A stretch of DNA of 64,000 nt from Octopus vulgaris (lineage: Eukaryota). Shown here in pieces: positions 13,024-26,349 of this stretch (the stretch's first letter is position 1; every line of letters starts with the position of its first letter). Location: the NCBI GenBank assembly GCA_951406725.2, contig OX597823.1:81406001-81470000 (forward strand). Direction: 5' to 3'. The notes beneath the pieces are model-generated. The model ran no database searches and was not told the origin of the DNA. It saw only the letters and a program-made list of their open reading frames with translations. Position numbers and translations under genes: made by a program.

Positions 13024-14002
13024 TAATAGGATAAATATCTTGTTTAGTGTTTAGTTGGGAAGATCTGCAAATTACTACAAGGAAGAGCTTGTTGGCAGAG
13101 GTAAGATGGCAATATGAATAACATATCGAATAATACTTTATTGCTCATAGGTTAAAGTTCAAAGCTGCTACTGCTGCTGCTGAAAGCATTTCAGTGTGTT
13201 TCTGGGTTAAACACTTTATTCTGCATTGTTTCAGTAACAGATACCTGATCATCTGGTAATATTACCTGTCATAAACCTCTGTCCTATACACAGAAGAATT
13301 TAGTTATCATGTAACGGGAACCAAATACTGGCTCTTAGGAAGCATGTACATTTTACATCTACGTACTGCTTGGATTGATTCCAATATTTCTATTAAAGTA
13401 GAGATTACTTTAAGCTTTCAACACTGTAACTTAATCCAATACGTCCTTATTAAATGTTTGTTTTGTTTGCTTTTGTAGGAGTTTATGTCTGGTTCCACAC
13501 AATTCTAGATAGAAATGAAACAGCATAGCATGATGGATTTGGCAGTTGTACTGCAACCATAAATATTTTTGAGATCACATCAACAGCAAATGGTTTCTTG
13601 TATGGATCTGGATAGGCTACATAATTCTATATTAGGAAAAATATGTACAAGAAAGAGAGTCAAAACTATTGAAAAAGTTGGAAGATGCAACGAAAATTTT
13701 AGGAAAATAAAAATAAGAAAAAATTGGAAATTTTACCGGTGAGTGTGTTATATTATAAGGCACAAAAAGAAAATGACTCTCCCCAGACACAACAGAATGT
13801 ACAAGAAAGATTCTCTAGAAATATTACCCGAGACAGACTTCTATCCTATCTTGTGAGAGATTTCTCTCTCGTCCTCTTAACATTATGAACCCTAGATATA
13901 AGCACTGATCCATAAAATTTCGTTACATAGAGATAGGAACATTATTAGTCATGATACAACTGCCTTGTATCATCATCATCATCATTGTCATTGTCATCAT
14001 TG

Positions 14003-14157
14003 TACCAATTTTTTGCTCTGTCAAGGCCATACTTGTTGCAAAGTGTCCAATGGACAAGCCTGGCTATATTGTCGTGGCATCTCTTATATTCCTTCTGGGC
14101 TAGTGGCGTACACTGGCTGGTAATATGCCACATGGTTTCACCGTTTTGTCCACAGGT
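14003..14157 (-). mobile_element. R4/Dong-like LINE CCHC zinc-knuckle fragment
   Basis: CGQNGETMWHITSQCTPLAQKEYKRCHDNIARLVHWTLCNKY fits the C..ET..HI...C..LA..EY..RHD motif. Bounded by (TAA)n and (GAT)n. Confidence 0.8.
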
Positions 14158-14768
14158 TATTATTATTATTATTATTATTATTATCATCATCATCAGCATT
14201 ATTTTATTATCATTTTTTTTATTGTTTATTTTATTTTTTTAATATTTTTGAGTTTCAGTATCAGCTTGGGAAATTCACCAGGTTTTTAAAGTATTTAGTT
14301 TCAACATAATCTGTTTTAAACTGTTAAAAGTATCTCATACTCTTTTGTGACCTGGCACATTTCTCTTATTTGTGTTAGAGGAAGCGTAAGATAGATTTCA
14401 TGCTGATTCTTACTAGGGCTATCAGGCTATCTGTATGTTGATGCTTTAATGTAGGAGCTGGGGGGGGGAGGGCAAAGAACCGCAGCTTTAACATCTGTAT
14501 CTCTAATTAACTGACAAGGCTGTGTGACAGACCAGTAGTTCGCTGGAGGATGCTAATTCTTCGGTGTATAGTTATATATAACTTGGTCCCATCTCTGGGT
14601 GTTTCCCATGTAAATACCCCCTATCACCACCACAACACTGTTCTGCTTCTGCTAACTAAATCTTGCAAATACACATGCACATACATATATGTAACTGCAT
14701 TTATGCATCGACATACATTCACATGCATATAGACTCCTACCCTACATCTGTGTGTGTGTGTGTGTATA

Positions 14769-14824
<56 letters not shown>

Positions 14825-15384
14825 TTTAGGGTGTTCCAGTTTAAGACTTCCCACTCTCTGTTTATTTTCTCCTTCACTTTCTACCTTCTTATGAATCAAA
14901 TTTGTTTTGATATGCTCCGACTATCTTAAATCTTTGTAAACTTTTAAATAGGTTTCATTTCCTTTTGGTCTGACACATTAGCACCACAAATATACTAAAG
15001 GTTCATTCAACGACGGTTTCAATGAATAAATTAAAGGTGAAAGGTGGATGAGAAGTAGGGAAGAAGAGGAAGCTTGCAGCGAGACTGTGGGAGTCAGTGC
15101 TACAAACTTTTGCTTGATTCAATAACCTATTTTTCTATGCGCTTGACTAAATTATTAATTTTGTACTTCCTTTATACAAACTTTATCTTTTCCAGTGATT
15201 GTCGAGAGGTTAGGACACAAACTCATAGATTCATCTCTGTTATTATTTTCAGCAGTTTAACTGATGTCTATGTTTATACTTGTGTGAAATGCAGGTGTGA
15301 CTGTCTGGTTAAGGAGCTTGCTTCGGAACCTTGTGGTCTGGAGTTCAGTCCCACTGTTTGACACCCTGGGCACTGGCCTCAACT

Positions 15385-16050
15385 ACAATTTCACTTGGTT
15401 TGATGTGTCTTCTCAAGCACAGCAAACTACCAAGGCTTCAATCACTTATCATTGTTTCCATGAGACCCAACATCTGAAGATCATGCTTCACCATCTTGTC
15501 CCACATCTTCCTGGAACTACCTCTTCCATAGATTCCCTCCACAGGTAAAGATTGGCACTTCTTCATGCACCTGTCCTTGTCCATACGCATCATGTAACCA
15601 TACCAGCTCTCTTGCACACCACATCTAATGCCACTTATGCCCAGTTTTTCTCTCAAGATGCTTACATTGACATTACACATGTGGCAAAGTATACTAGCTT
15701 CATTTTTTCCAAGCTTTCACATGTCCAGTGCAGTCACAGCCCATGTGTTGCTGCCATGTATATCATGGCTGTCCACACATAGGTATCATGCAATCTACCT
15801 TTCATTGTGCAGGGCAGACCCTTTGTTGCCAAGAAAAGTAGAAGCTCACTGAACTTTGCCCAACCTCTTCTTATTCTGCTAACTAAACTCTCAGAGGATC
15901 CACCTCCACTGTTGACCTGGTCACTTAGGTAACAGAAATATCTACTACTTCTAAGTGTCTCTACCACTGGGTATTTATTTGATGGAGTCCATTTTCTGTA
16001 CATTTCTAGTGTTTATTGTACCTATACACCTGCCATACACAAATACTACT
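15385..16050 (-). mobile_element. RTE-clade LINE RT C-terminal remnant
   Basis: FCYLSDQVNSGGGSSESLVSRIRRGWAKFSELL..KGRLHDTYV; LREKLGISGIRCGVQE..WYGYMMRMDKDRCMKKCQSLPVEG..GRG. Confidence 0.85.
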
Positions 16051-16371
16051 TTCACTTTCTCTCTCTCTCCATACACACACACACATACAAACACAATATA
16101 CACTAGCATACACACATATCTTGTGTGTACAGGTAGATGTACAACTGCTAGTTCTCTGTAGTTTTAGGCAATACAGTGTTTCTTGATGATCCATTCTGGT
16201 TAAGCATCCAAATATACTTGGAAACATCCAATGCAGGTTTCTAAGCAACCATAATGGTGAAAAATATGTATGAACTTATAATATAGACTTGTGTTTATCA
16301 TAATTTCTCCTGCACATGCATGTACGCACACACATACATATCTATATATATACATACTTATATATATATAT

Positions 16372-16408
<37 letters not shown>

Positions 16409-16641
16409 AAAACCAAGAAAGAGAGAACAAAGTTTGAAGGTCAGTGTTCATATTCACTCAATATATTTCAAAACATCAGAATACTCCATAGCAAACATAG
16501 GTGCATTCATATACACAAGATATAATATAGAAATTTATAGATATATAAATATATAAATACATAAATGTACTTGCGAGGTTGTATGTCCTTATTAAAATCA
16601 ATGAGGATATTAAAATATGAGGAATGATGAATGTGTGTGTG

Positions 16642-16683
<42 letters not shown>

Positions 16684-17443
16684 ACATGTATACACAGAGA
16701 AAGTTAATATAAGTCCTTATGTAATTCCAAGTTTAAAATCTCTGTTTCTGTATATGTTAGAAAATTCATCTGTTGAGAACATTTAGAAACGCCGTGCATC
16801 AATTTCTATCACCATCAATCAAAACCATATATCATGTCCTTATTAATTAAAAAAAAAATTAAATAATTGCTTCAACTTTATTATATGAGGAGGTGTACCT
16901 ACTGCTGTTTATTGAACTAAAATGTGTTCTATAGATGACTTGCAGGCTAAAATAATTAATTTGATCCAGGGTGTAACTGGAAATCAGCTGCAAAATATAT
17001 TTCTAGAATTATGAAATTGCATCACAGTTTCTATACATAATGATAGAAGAGTTGTTGAAATCTTAAGAATAAATCTCTATAAAATATAATAAAAGTTTTT
17101 TCAGTTATCCTTGTCAAAAATTAATTCTACCATATATGGAACTAAAGTTATATAAATTTAAACTTGCACAAACACTTTATAATAACCTTCTGTATGTATA
17201 TTTTGTTACGAGTGGATCTAAGAATAAATTGTTTACTCACTCATGTTAATAGATTTCTTAGGGTGCAGATATGTTTGTGTGGTTAAGAAGCTTATTTTGC
17301 TATCACATAGTTTCAGGTTCAGTCCCACAGTGCAGCACCTTGGGCAAATGTCTTCTATAATAGCCCCAGGTCGACCAATGTCTTGTGAGTGAATTTGGCA
17401 GATGGAAAATGTGTGGGAGCCCATCACATATATATATATACAT

Positions 17444-17600
17444 AGGGAGAGTTTACGAAAAAAACAAACGACGAAGACAGGTGGTGTACAAAACAAACAG
17501 ATGTATTAGTATAATGCTCAGGAATAGAAAAAGTCTTTTACGTTTCGAGCCTACGCTCTTCTACAGAAAGGGACACAAAAAAAACAAGGAGAGAAAATAT
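17444..17600 (-). mobile_element. Penelope-like terminal fragment with a variant minimal hammerhead (17535-17570)
   Basis: Minus strand CUUU CUGUAGA A GAGC GUAG GCUC GAAA CGUA AAAG; embedded in (TA)n. Confidence 0.55.
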
Positions 17601-18161
17601 ATATATATATATATATCATCATCATCATTGTTTAACATCCACTTTCCATGCTGGCATGTGTTGGACAGTTTGAGTTTGGACTGGCAAGCCAGGAGGCTGC
17701 ACCAGGCTCCAATCTGATCTGGCAAGGTTTTTACAGCTGGATGCTCTTCCTAATACCAACCACTCCAAGAGTGTAGTGTGTGCTTCTTATATATATATAT
17801 ATATATATATGCACACACACATGCATACATATATATATTCTTTTATTCTTTTCGTTGTTTCAGTCACTTGACTGTGGCCACGCTGGAGTACTGCCTTAAA
17901 GGGTTTTTAGTCGAAGAACTTGACTCCCAGGACATATTTTTCCAAGCCTAGTGTGTATATATATGTATATCATTATTATGGCTGCCCCCTCGTTATCGAG
18001 TATGGCCATTGCACGAAGCTTAACTTTTACTGGTGCTGTGATCGAATGTGACTTTTTAGCCCAGCCAAAGTTCTACAATGTCTTGTACAGAATTGGCAAC
18101 TAAAACCTTTACCTATATATATATATATATGTATACATACATACCTTTTAGGAAGTTAAAA

Positions 18162-18277
18162 TTTATGGCTGGTCATAGGGTGACCATTGATTTCACACCT
18201 ATAAAGCATTTAGTACCTATACTGTTAAGCACTTTATAGGTGTGAACCCAATGGTCATTCTTATGATTGGTGATGAA
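18162..18277 (+). other. Long imperfect hairpin (MITE relic or structured RNA)
   Basis: About 45-bp arms, gtcatagggtgaccattgatttcacacctataaag / ctttataggtgtgaacccaatggtcattcttatgat. Confidence 0.6.
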
Positions 18278-18376
18278 GATATTACTGCACTAACGCTTTA
18301 GAGTGTGTTTATTTTTCAGATATATGAACTTCTGTCAATATATACAAATAATGGACATTAAATGATGATGATGATG

Positions 18377-18467
<91 letters not shown>

Positions 18468-18589
18468 TATAATGGTGAAACTTGAAGTATATATAGCTAT
18501 AAATAATAGCTTGTAAATACTGGGTTAAAAAAAAACTCTTGTATAGAGAAAGTGACTGGGTGTGTGTATGTATGTGTATAACTCGACTC

Positions 18590-18952
18590 CGTCCGTCACA
18601 AATGACCATGAGTGCACTAAGAGGTTCCCCTCCTGGGTACAAGTCTGGGCGGAAAGTTGCCTCATTGGTGAATGCACAACCTAGGGTTGTTTTTATCATG
18701 GAAGACCAGAAGTCACCCATGCGTACCAGCCTCCCCTCTCCATGCTACCGATGTTATCCAAGGGAACGGCAAAAGCTGGTACAGCTTGGCACCTGTGACA
18801 TCGCAACTCATTTCTACAGCTGAGTGAACTGGAGCAACATGAAATAAAGTATCTTGCTCAAAAATACAACACACAGCCTGGTGTGGTGATCGAACTCACA
18901 ACCTCACGATCGTAAGCTCAATGATCTAACCACTAAGCCATGTGCCTTCACT
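18590..18952 (-). mobile_element. Family C SINE, near full length
   Basis: Minus head gaaggcacatggcttagtggttag..gagttcgatc; body shared with 24275-24478. Confidence 0.8.
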
Positions 18953-20339
18953 GTATACATGCATGCATAAATGTGTGTTTGCTTTTGTTTTTGTGTTTGT
19001 GCCCTCAACTGGTGTTGATTTGTTTATGTTCCTGTAACTTAGCAGTTCAGCAAAAGTGACCAACAGAATAAGGACGAGACATGAAAAGAAAGAAAGTAAT
19101 GGTGTCGATTGCGTAGCTAAACCCTTCAATGCAATGCCCCAGCTTGGCCACAGTCTACTGGCTGAAACATGTATAAGATAAAAGATCAAAATATAAGATA
19201 CCTTTTACCTTTTACTTGTTTCAGTTATTGGACAGTGGCCATGCTGGAGCACCACTTTGAAGGGTTTAGCCAAACAAATCAACCCCAGTGTTAAATTTTT
19301 CTAAGTTTGGCTCTTATTCAATGATCTTCTTTAGCTGGACCACTAAATTGGACCATTGAATTGGACCACTTTAGCTGGACCACTAAAACCCAACACAGTT
19401 TGTCAGCTGATAATGGGGAACAAACAAACACACACGCACACACACACACACACTAATTTTGCAAACAGTCTCTTGGACATTTTTTGTGTGATTATAATAT
19501 AATATTAGAATAATGGTTTTAAATGTTGGCACAACATTAGCAAGTTTGACGTGGGTGGGTAAGTTAATTACATCACCCCCCCAGTGTTCAACTGGTACTA
19601 TTTTATCGACCCCGAAAAGATGAAAGACTATGTTGACATCAGCAAAATTTAAACCAAGAAAATAAAAATGATGGACGAAATGTTGTTAAGCAATGTTGTT
19701 TGCTCAACATGCTAATGGTTCTGCCAACTTGCTGCCTTTGATACCACTGTTTAATATTGGCTGGGAATTAAAGTACATCATATATTACTCTCTGTAGGAA
19801 TAGTGTCTGGTCGGTTACATTTTCTACACCATTGAGCCAGCTAGAATCAAAACAATGACTTCCATATTCATTCTTAATATGTTTTGACAGACTCAAACAG
19901 AAATATGCTCGTAGCTGTTTACTGTGCACCAGGCAGTTTATTATTGGTTGGTAGATATCAGCACACATCATCAAATAATTTATTTGCGGAAGTTATGAAC
20001 AAGAACCAAGAAAGTCTAGAGTGCCTTTGGCTGAGAAGACACAATGATGTCAAAACACTAGGTGTCTCAAAGTTGTTTTATGTGAATGAATTGAGTGTGT
20101 TTTATAAACACATTTGTCTGGAAGAAGTTGTTCTCCTATGGTGAAACACAACAGTATTAATAAAGATTATGCAAGTCTCCATTTTGATTTTCACTGTTTG
20201 TATATGTATATATGTATATGTGTATGTATATGTATATATGTATATGTTTGTATATGTATATGAGTATGTGTAAATTTATACATATATGCATATATATATT
20301 TATATAAATATGTGTATATATGTGTGTGTGTGTGTATTA

Positions 20340-20620
20340 CCTGTGCCGCCTGACTGGCTCTTGTGCTGGTAGCATGTAAAAAGTACTATTAGAGCGTGGT
20401 CGATGCCAGTGCTGCCCAACTAGCCCCTGTGCCGGTGGCACATAAAAAGCACGCAGTACACTCTTGGAGTGGTTGGCATTACGAAGGGCATCCAGCTGTA
20501 GAAACTTTGCCAGATCAGATTGAAGCCTGGTGCAGCCTCCTGATTTGCCAGTCCCCGGTCAAACTGTCCAACCCATGCCAGCATGGAAAGCAGACGTTAA
20601 ACGATAATGATGATGATGAT
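20340..20620 (+). mobile_element. Family D element
   Basis: gtgccggtggca subrepeats, gggcatccagctgtagaaac, ends gacgttaaa(cga/tga)n. Confidence 0.8.
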
Positions 20621-20685
20621 GTATATGTATATGTGTATGTATACATATGTATATATATATGTATGCATTTATGCAGGTGTATATG

Positions 20686-20716
<31 letters not shown>

Positions 20717-20721
<5 letters not shown>

Positions 20722-20825
20722 GGTGCCCCAGCAAAATGGCGGTGCCCCAGCAAAATCGCGGTGCCCCAGCAAAATGGCGGTGCCCCAGCATGGCCACAGC
20801 TCAAGAGCTGAAACTGGAAAACATA
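20717..20825 (+). mobile_element. Very short CR1/L2-like LINE tail with a 4 x 19-bp stutter
   Basis: (atggcggtgccccagcaaa)x3, then atggcggtgccccagcatggccacagctcaagagctgaaac; homologous to the LINE tail at 30572-30625 (-). Confidence 0.75.
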
Positions 20826-20866
20826 AACATGTGTATATATGTATGCATGTGTGTGTGTGTATGTGC

Positions 20867-20903
<37 letters not shown>

Positions 20904-20937
20904 TATGTATGTGTATGTTTATGTAGATATATGTATA

Positions 20938-20974
<37 letters not shown>

Positions 20975-21007
20975 GTGTATGTGTATGTTTATGTAGATAT
21001 ATGTATA

Positions 21008-21064
<57 letters not shown>

Positions 21065-21454
21065 ATGTTTATGTAGATATATGTATATGTGTGTGTGTGT
21101 GTATATATATATATATACATGTCTGTATTTGTAGGAGGTCATGTACTAAATAATCCGTGCAAATATTTCCTAAATGAATTGATTGAAATTTGTGAAATCT
21201 TAGTTGCAATTTTTGTGACTCTTAAAGAGAAAGCAAGACAAATTTCTAGAAATTAAAAATTAATTTCACTGAAAATTGAATTTTCATGCTTAAGGATAAA
21301 AACAAACATTAAATCTGTATTTTGTAAGACAGCAAAGTGACAGCTGCAGACATGTTTTGCTTTTATTTGATCTCTTCAGGAAAGAATAGTCTTGTCAGCC
21401 TCCTTTAATCATCACTAGGCAGAGATTTTTAGCTGTAAGAAAAGAGTCAGAAAG

Positions 21455-21820
21455 CATCATCATCATCATCATCATCATCACTGTTGTCATCATCATATTG
21501 CCATCATTATTGTTGTCATCATCATCATTGCCATCATCATCTTCATCATCATTATCATCATCATTTTCATCATCATCATTTCACTATTGTCATCATCACT
21601 GTCATCACTATCCTCTTCATCATCATCATCATCATCATCGTCGTCGTCGTCACTATTGTCATCATCACTGTCATCATCATTGTTATCATCATCATCACCA
21701 TCATCTTCTTCATTGTCATCATCATCATTGTCATGACTATCATCATCATCATCTTCATCGTCATTATCGTTATCATCATCATCATCTTCATTGTCATTAT
21801 CATTATCATCATCATCATTG
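21455..21820. repeat. Degenerate (CAT)n array
   Basis: Visible directly; explains the poly-H/S/I ORFs. Confidence 0.95.
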
Positions 21821-22079
21821 TTTCAATGTCCACTTTTCCATGCTTGTATGAAGTCAGACAGAATTCAGTAAGGCATATTTTACTTGGATGGGTGCCTATC
21901 CTGTCACCAACCCTCATCTCTGCACAAGAGCAGTAATACATGCTCATGCGTGGACAAGTCTATTTCACAGAACATTGGAAGTGGATAGTACCATGCATGT
22001 ACATGTGCACCCCCACCACACACACACACACATACATGCATGCATGCAAGCATACATACATAAATACATGCATGCTTCA

Positions 22080-22335
22080 CTGGAACTGTAAAAATCTGTG
22101 AAACTTTTCAGAAGTTTATCATTCAAATATATATGAGTGTGTCTCGATATGCAAGTATACACATGAGAATACATACATAAAACAAAACATACAAATCTGC
22201 ACATACATACATACATACAAACAAAATTACCCTGTGATTGATGTTGAAATTCCAATGAAAAAGTCTTGGATCTAGGTTGGAAACCAGCTCTTTCTCTATT
22301 GGCAAGAAATCTTGAAATAAAACTGAATAATGACA
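22080..22335 (+). mobile_element. R4/Dong-like LINE 3' tail
   Basis: Reverse-complement homolog of 8340-8620; GTVKICETFQKFII terminus. Confidence 0.65.
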
Positions 22336-22633
22336 TACATCTATTATGAAACTAGAGATTAAAATCATTTTAGAGTTTGGATAAAGTTACATATTTTCTA
22401 CACACAAACACAAATGTATATGTGTGTGTTACCAGCGTTACCAGCATCGCCTTACTGGCACTTGTGCCGGTGGCACGTGAAAAAACATATGAGCATGGTT
22501 GTTGCCAATGCCGCTGGACCGGCTCCTGTGCAGGTGGCACATAAAAAACACCATTTGAGTGTGGCCATTGCCAGTACTGCCTGACTGGCCCTCATGTCGG
22601 TGTAACACACACCACATATACATTTGTGTTTGT

Positions 22634-22665
<32 letters not shown>

Positions 22666-24274
22666 ATAGAAAATATGTAACTTTATCCAAAGCTCTAAAA
22701 GGATTTTAATCTCCAGTTTCATAATATTAAAGAGGTGATAACTAATCTTTCTGTTGATAAGAATCCAGTCTGCCTCAGATAACCTTTCCAAATGAACTAA
22801 TACCTACCGATTCCTGACTCTTAACTAAACTCTGACCACTTTGAATTGAGAGCAGTACTCAAATAAACAAAATAAATGCCTGCAACCATTCTGACCTGGA
22901 ATCCTTTGTGATGGCAAGTCCTGTACCACATTTACACAGCCTTTTAATATCTTCTTTATAGTTATTGCTTAGCACTCTGGAAGACAAAGTAGATAGTTTG
23001 TAGAATAGTAGACCGAGAAAGATAATGGCTGGAAGTTGTTAGGTCAGGCTTTAAGATATTAGTCCTCACAGATAAGATGATATAAGGTGAGAAAGCCAAC
23101 AGAGAATTACTTTATTTATTGACTTTTCTTGAAATTGCCAGCATGTAAAAAAAATGGATGTTAAAATGGTAAAAGTTATGAGGGGTTTCAGTGAAGGATT
23201 TTTAGCTGTTGTATTCAGCGTATATTTAGCAAGAATGTTGGAACTCACTCATTGTTAATGACGATAATCATAGTAAAAGTAATGCATGAGATAGTTTCAG
23301 TGATTAAGATTCCTTTCTTCTCTTTTGTGTTGCCAACACAGTTATTCCAGGTGATGCTTTTCAAGTGATTCGCTTCTGTTGTTTTTTTGTTTTTTTTTTG
23401 TGTTTTACTTCTGTTTAAAGTTCAATGACGATGGAAAGATTCTGATCCGTCAGTAATCGGAGATTTTGTGTATATGCGACAAAAAAAAAAGAAAAAAAAA
23501 AAGGAGGAATATTTAATAACATTTGCATTTTTATAGAAAGTAGTGAGAAAAATATATGAATGTGTTGCTTAAACAATCCATGATAGGCGTAAATACTCAC
23601 TTGGAGACTTGAGTCACCGACACAACAGGATGAATGCTTTTACAACTTAGCATCTGCTTCTCATAAATTCACTTTAATGAATTCAAATGTCAACGGCAAA
23701 CTAAAATTGAATCTGGTTCCTCAGTTTTCCCAAACCATTATATTTGTAATTTTCGTATTTTTTAGATTTTAACATTTGTAGGATTATTAAAAAAAAAAAA
23801 AAAAACAGAACAAGATGAACAAATTATAGGTGAGGGGAGTGTTCACCTATCATCTCAATTGGTGTAATCTTTAGTTGTCACTATAACCTCTGAGAGAGAG
23901 AGAGAGTGAGAGACAATAGTTTAAATGATGGACTAACCACCAGACAGTCAAGTGTTCAAACCAGAAATGATTATTTTTGATTGGAGCATCTGCTTGCTTA
24001 TTTCTCTTTATTCAAACTTGTTGAAGGTTATTTTGAAAAACAGGATCCATCAAAATCTATAGACTATGTTCTGGTGAGGTGGGATGTGGCTATGAAATGA
24101 TTAAACTGTAGACTGGCCTTCCTCTATGAAACCAGCCAATAGTACACAGTCTCTAATAACCACTAGCCTTCTTTAATGCTCAGGTGATATCTGCTATGGA
24201 GTACTGCCCCTACATCTAGGACAGAGTTGATGCTACATGTACAGATATATTTGCTAGGTTTAGCTAAACCTAAG

Positions 24275-24478
24275 TGAAGGTGCATGGCTCAGTGGTTAGA
24301 GCATCGAGCTTACGTTCGTGAGGTTGTGAGTTCGAATCCTGGACCGGGCTGCGTGTTGTGTTCCTGAGCAAGACACTTTATTTCACGTTGCTCCAGTTCA
24401 CTCAGCTGTAGAAATGAGTTGTGACGTCACAGGTGCCAAGCTGTATCGGCCCCTTTGCCTTTCCCTTGGATAACACTA
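24275..24478 (+). mobile_element. Family C SINE, 3'-truncated
   Basis: tggctcagtggttagagc (A box) and gagttcgaatcc (B box). Confidence 0.85.
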
Positions 24479-24480
24479 TG

Positions 24481-24799
24481 AAAATAATAACAGGGCATAA
24501 CAACAGGTGTCTTTCAACTAAGGACGAATTTTCACTGTGTCCCTGTCCTTTTTTCTCACCATCCTTAATTCTGCTGTCCCTCAACTTCTACTTCTCTCTC
24601 TTCTCTTCCCATGTGACCGCCTCAGCCAAGCCTGTTCTTTCTTTCTTGGTCTGACCGTTGTCTGTGGAACATCGATATTCTTCCCTGTGTTCGTGAAATT
24701 TTTGTATCTCTGCCGTAGGGCTTCATTCCCACACGCGCCAGCTTAATTCAATTAGTCCTTAGTCAAAAGGCACCTGTTATTATGTCCTGTTATTATTTT
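24481..24799. mobile_element. Element with 50-bp terminal inverted repeats (MITE or PLE fold-back)
   Basis: 24481-24530 is a near reverse complement of 24750-24799. Confidence 0.7.
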
Positions 24800-24809
24800 T
24801 TTATGTGTA

Positions 24810-24858
<49 letters not shown>

Positions 24859-25208
24859 GTGTATATATATATATAAATGTGAGTGTGTGCGTGTGTATAT
24901 GTGTGTGTGTATATATGTGTGTGTGTATATATGTGTTTGTGTATATATATGTGTCTATATATATGTGTATGTTTGTATATATATATATTTATATATATGT
25001 GTGCATGTATATATGTGTATGTATATATATATATATTTGTATTTTTATATATGGTACTCTGTAAGGTGGTTGGTGTCAGGAAAGGGCATCCAGTTGTAAA
25101 ATCCCTGCCAAAACAGACAATCTTCTGCCTGACCAGCTCCATTCAATCTATCCAACCCATCCCAACATGGAAAACGGGCATTAAATGATGATGACGATGA
25201 TGATGATG

Positions 25209-25239
<31 letters not shown>

Positions 25240-25886
25240 AGGCTTCCACAAGTTTCCATTTATGAAGTTCATTCACAAGGTGGTGGATGACCTGGTGTTA
25301 TATTAGAAAATATTTTCCCAAGCCACCATGCAATGGGTCTGAACCCAAAACTACACAGTTACTCAATGAATTTCCTAACTACATGGCAATGTCTGCATGA
25401 ATTTTCATTCTTTTTTTTTTTTATTTTGCCCCGTTTGTTTCATTTAGATTTGATGTTAGAAATACACTGAGTTTTGTTATTTTGTTTTATTTTGTTGTTT
25501 TCCATTTTCTGTTTTTGTCTTACCCCCTCTTTCTCTCTTTCTTTCTTTCTTCCTCCCTCCCCTCCATTCTTTCCTTCCTGCCTTCTTTCTTCCTTTCTTT
25601 CTTTTTTCCTTCGTTCTGTCTTTCTTTCTTTCTGTCTTTCTTTTCCTCACACATTAATTAAGTCGAAGAAGCAGGGGGATTTCAGTTCGCAAATAAAAGT
25701 GAATTGCTATCATCTGCTCTACATTTTGACATGCTGACATTTTTATCAATAAAAAACAAGTGATATTTATTACTTTATGCATAAAATGTAAATAATATTT
25801 CGAAGAGAGTCCAATTTATGTAAGGGAAGCAATGCAGTTAATTAAATTGACTGCTGAGAGAGAGAGAGAGAGCCAAGTATGACTTG

Positions 25887-25917
<31 letters not shown>

Positions 25918-26349
25918 GTCATCATCATCATCATCATCATCATTATCATCAACCAGCACCACAACCACTGCTGCCACTACCACCTCTACCACTACCTTTG
26001 CTGCTGCTGCCGCCACTGCTACCACTGCTAATTCTGCTGTCACCACCACAACCACTGCTATCATCCCTCCACCCCCACACCCACACCACTACCACTACCA
26101 GCATCATTACGTCCACTTTTTATGCAGGCATGTGTTATATGGATTGTCAGGTCCTGGATCAAGTCCTGTTGGGTGTTACTGTCCTCCTAAACAGGTCAGA
26201 GGACTGTTTTGCTTGTGTTTCAATTTTGACTTGATTTCAAACAGCAAGATGCTCTTTATATCACCAATCACTTTACACAGTATACTCTATGCATTTCATC
26301 ATATTGTCAACACTATAGAGGCTGCAATCTCCTTAACAAGACAAAAGAT

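Noticed and set aside
13480-13615. Plus-strand exon after ttttgtag (VYVWFHTILDRNETA*)
   Set aside because: In-frame stop, no strong donor and no recognisable homology.
19884-20144. 86-aa non-repetitive ORF
   Set aside because: No recognisable motif, TTG start and no supporting exon structure.
20396-21153. Long YI/CV/HT-rich ORFs (also 24782-25188, 46222-46692, 50684-51449)
   Set aside because: Dinucleotide repeats that lack stop codons.
24275-24350. tRNA gene
   Set aside because: A and B boxes are present but there is no good acceptor stem, and the sequence continues into a SINE body.
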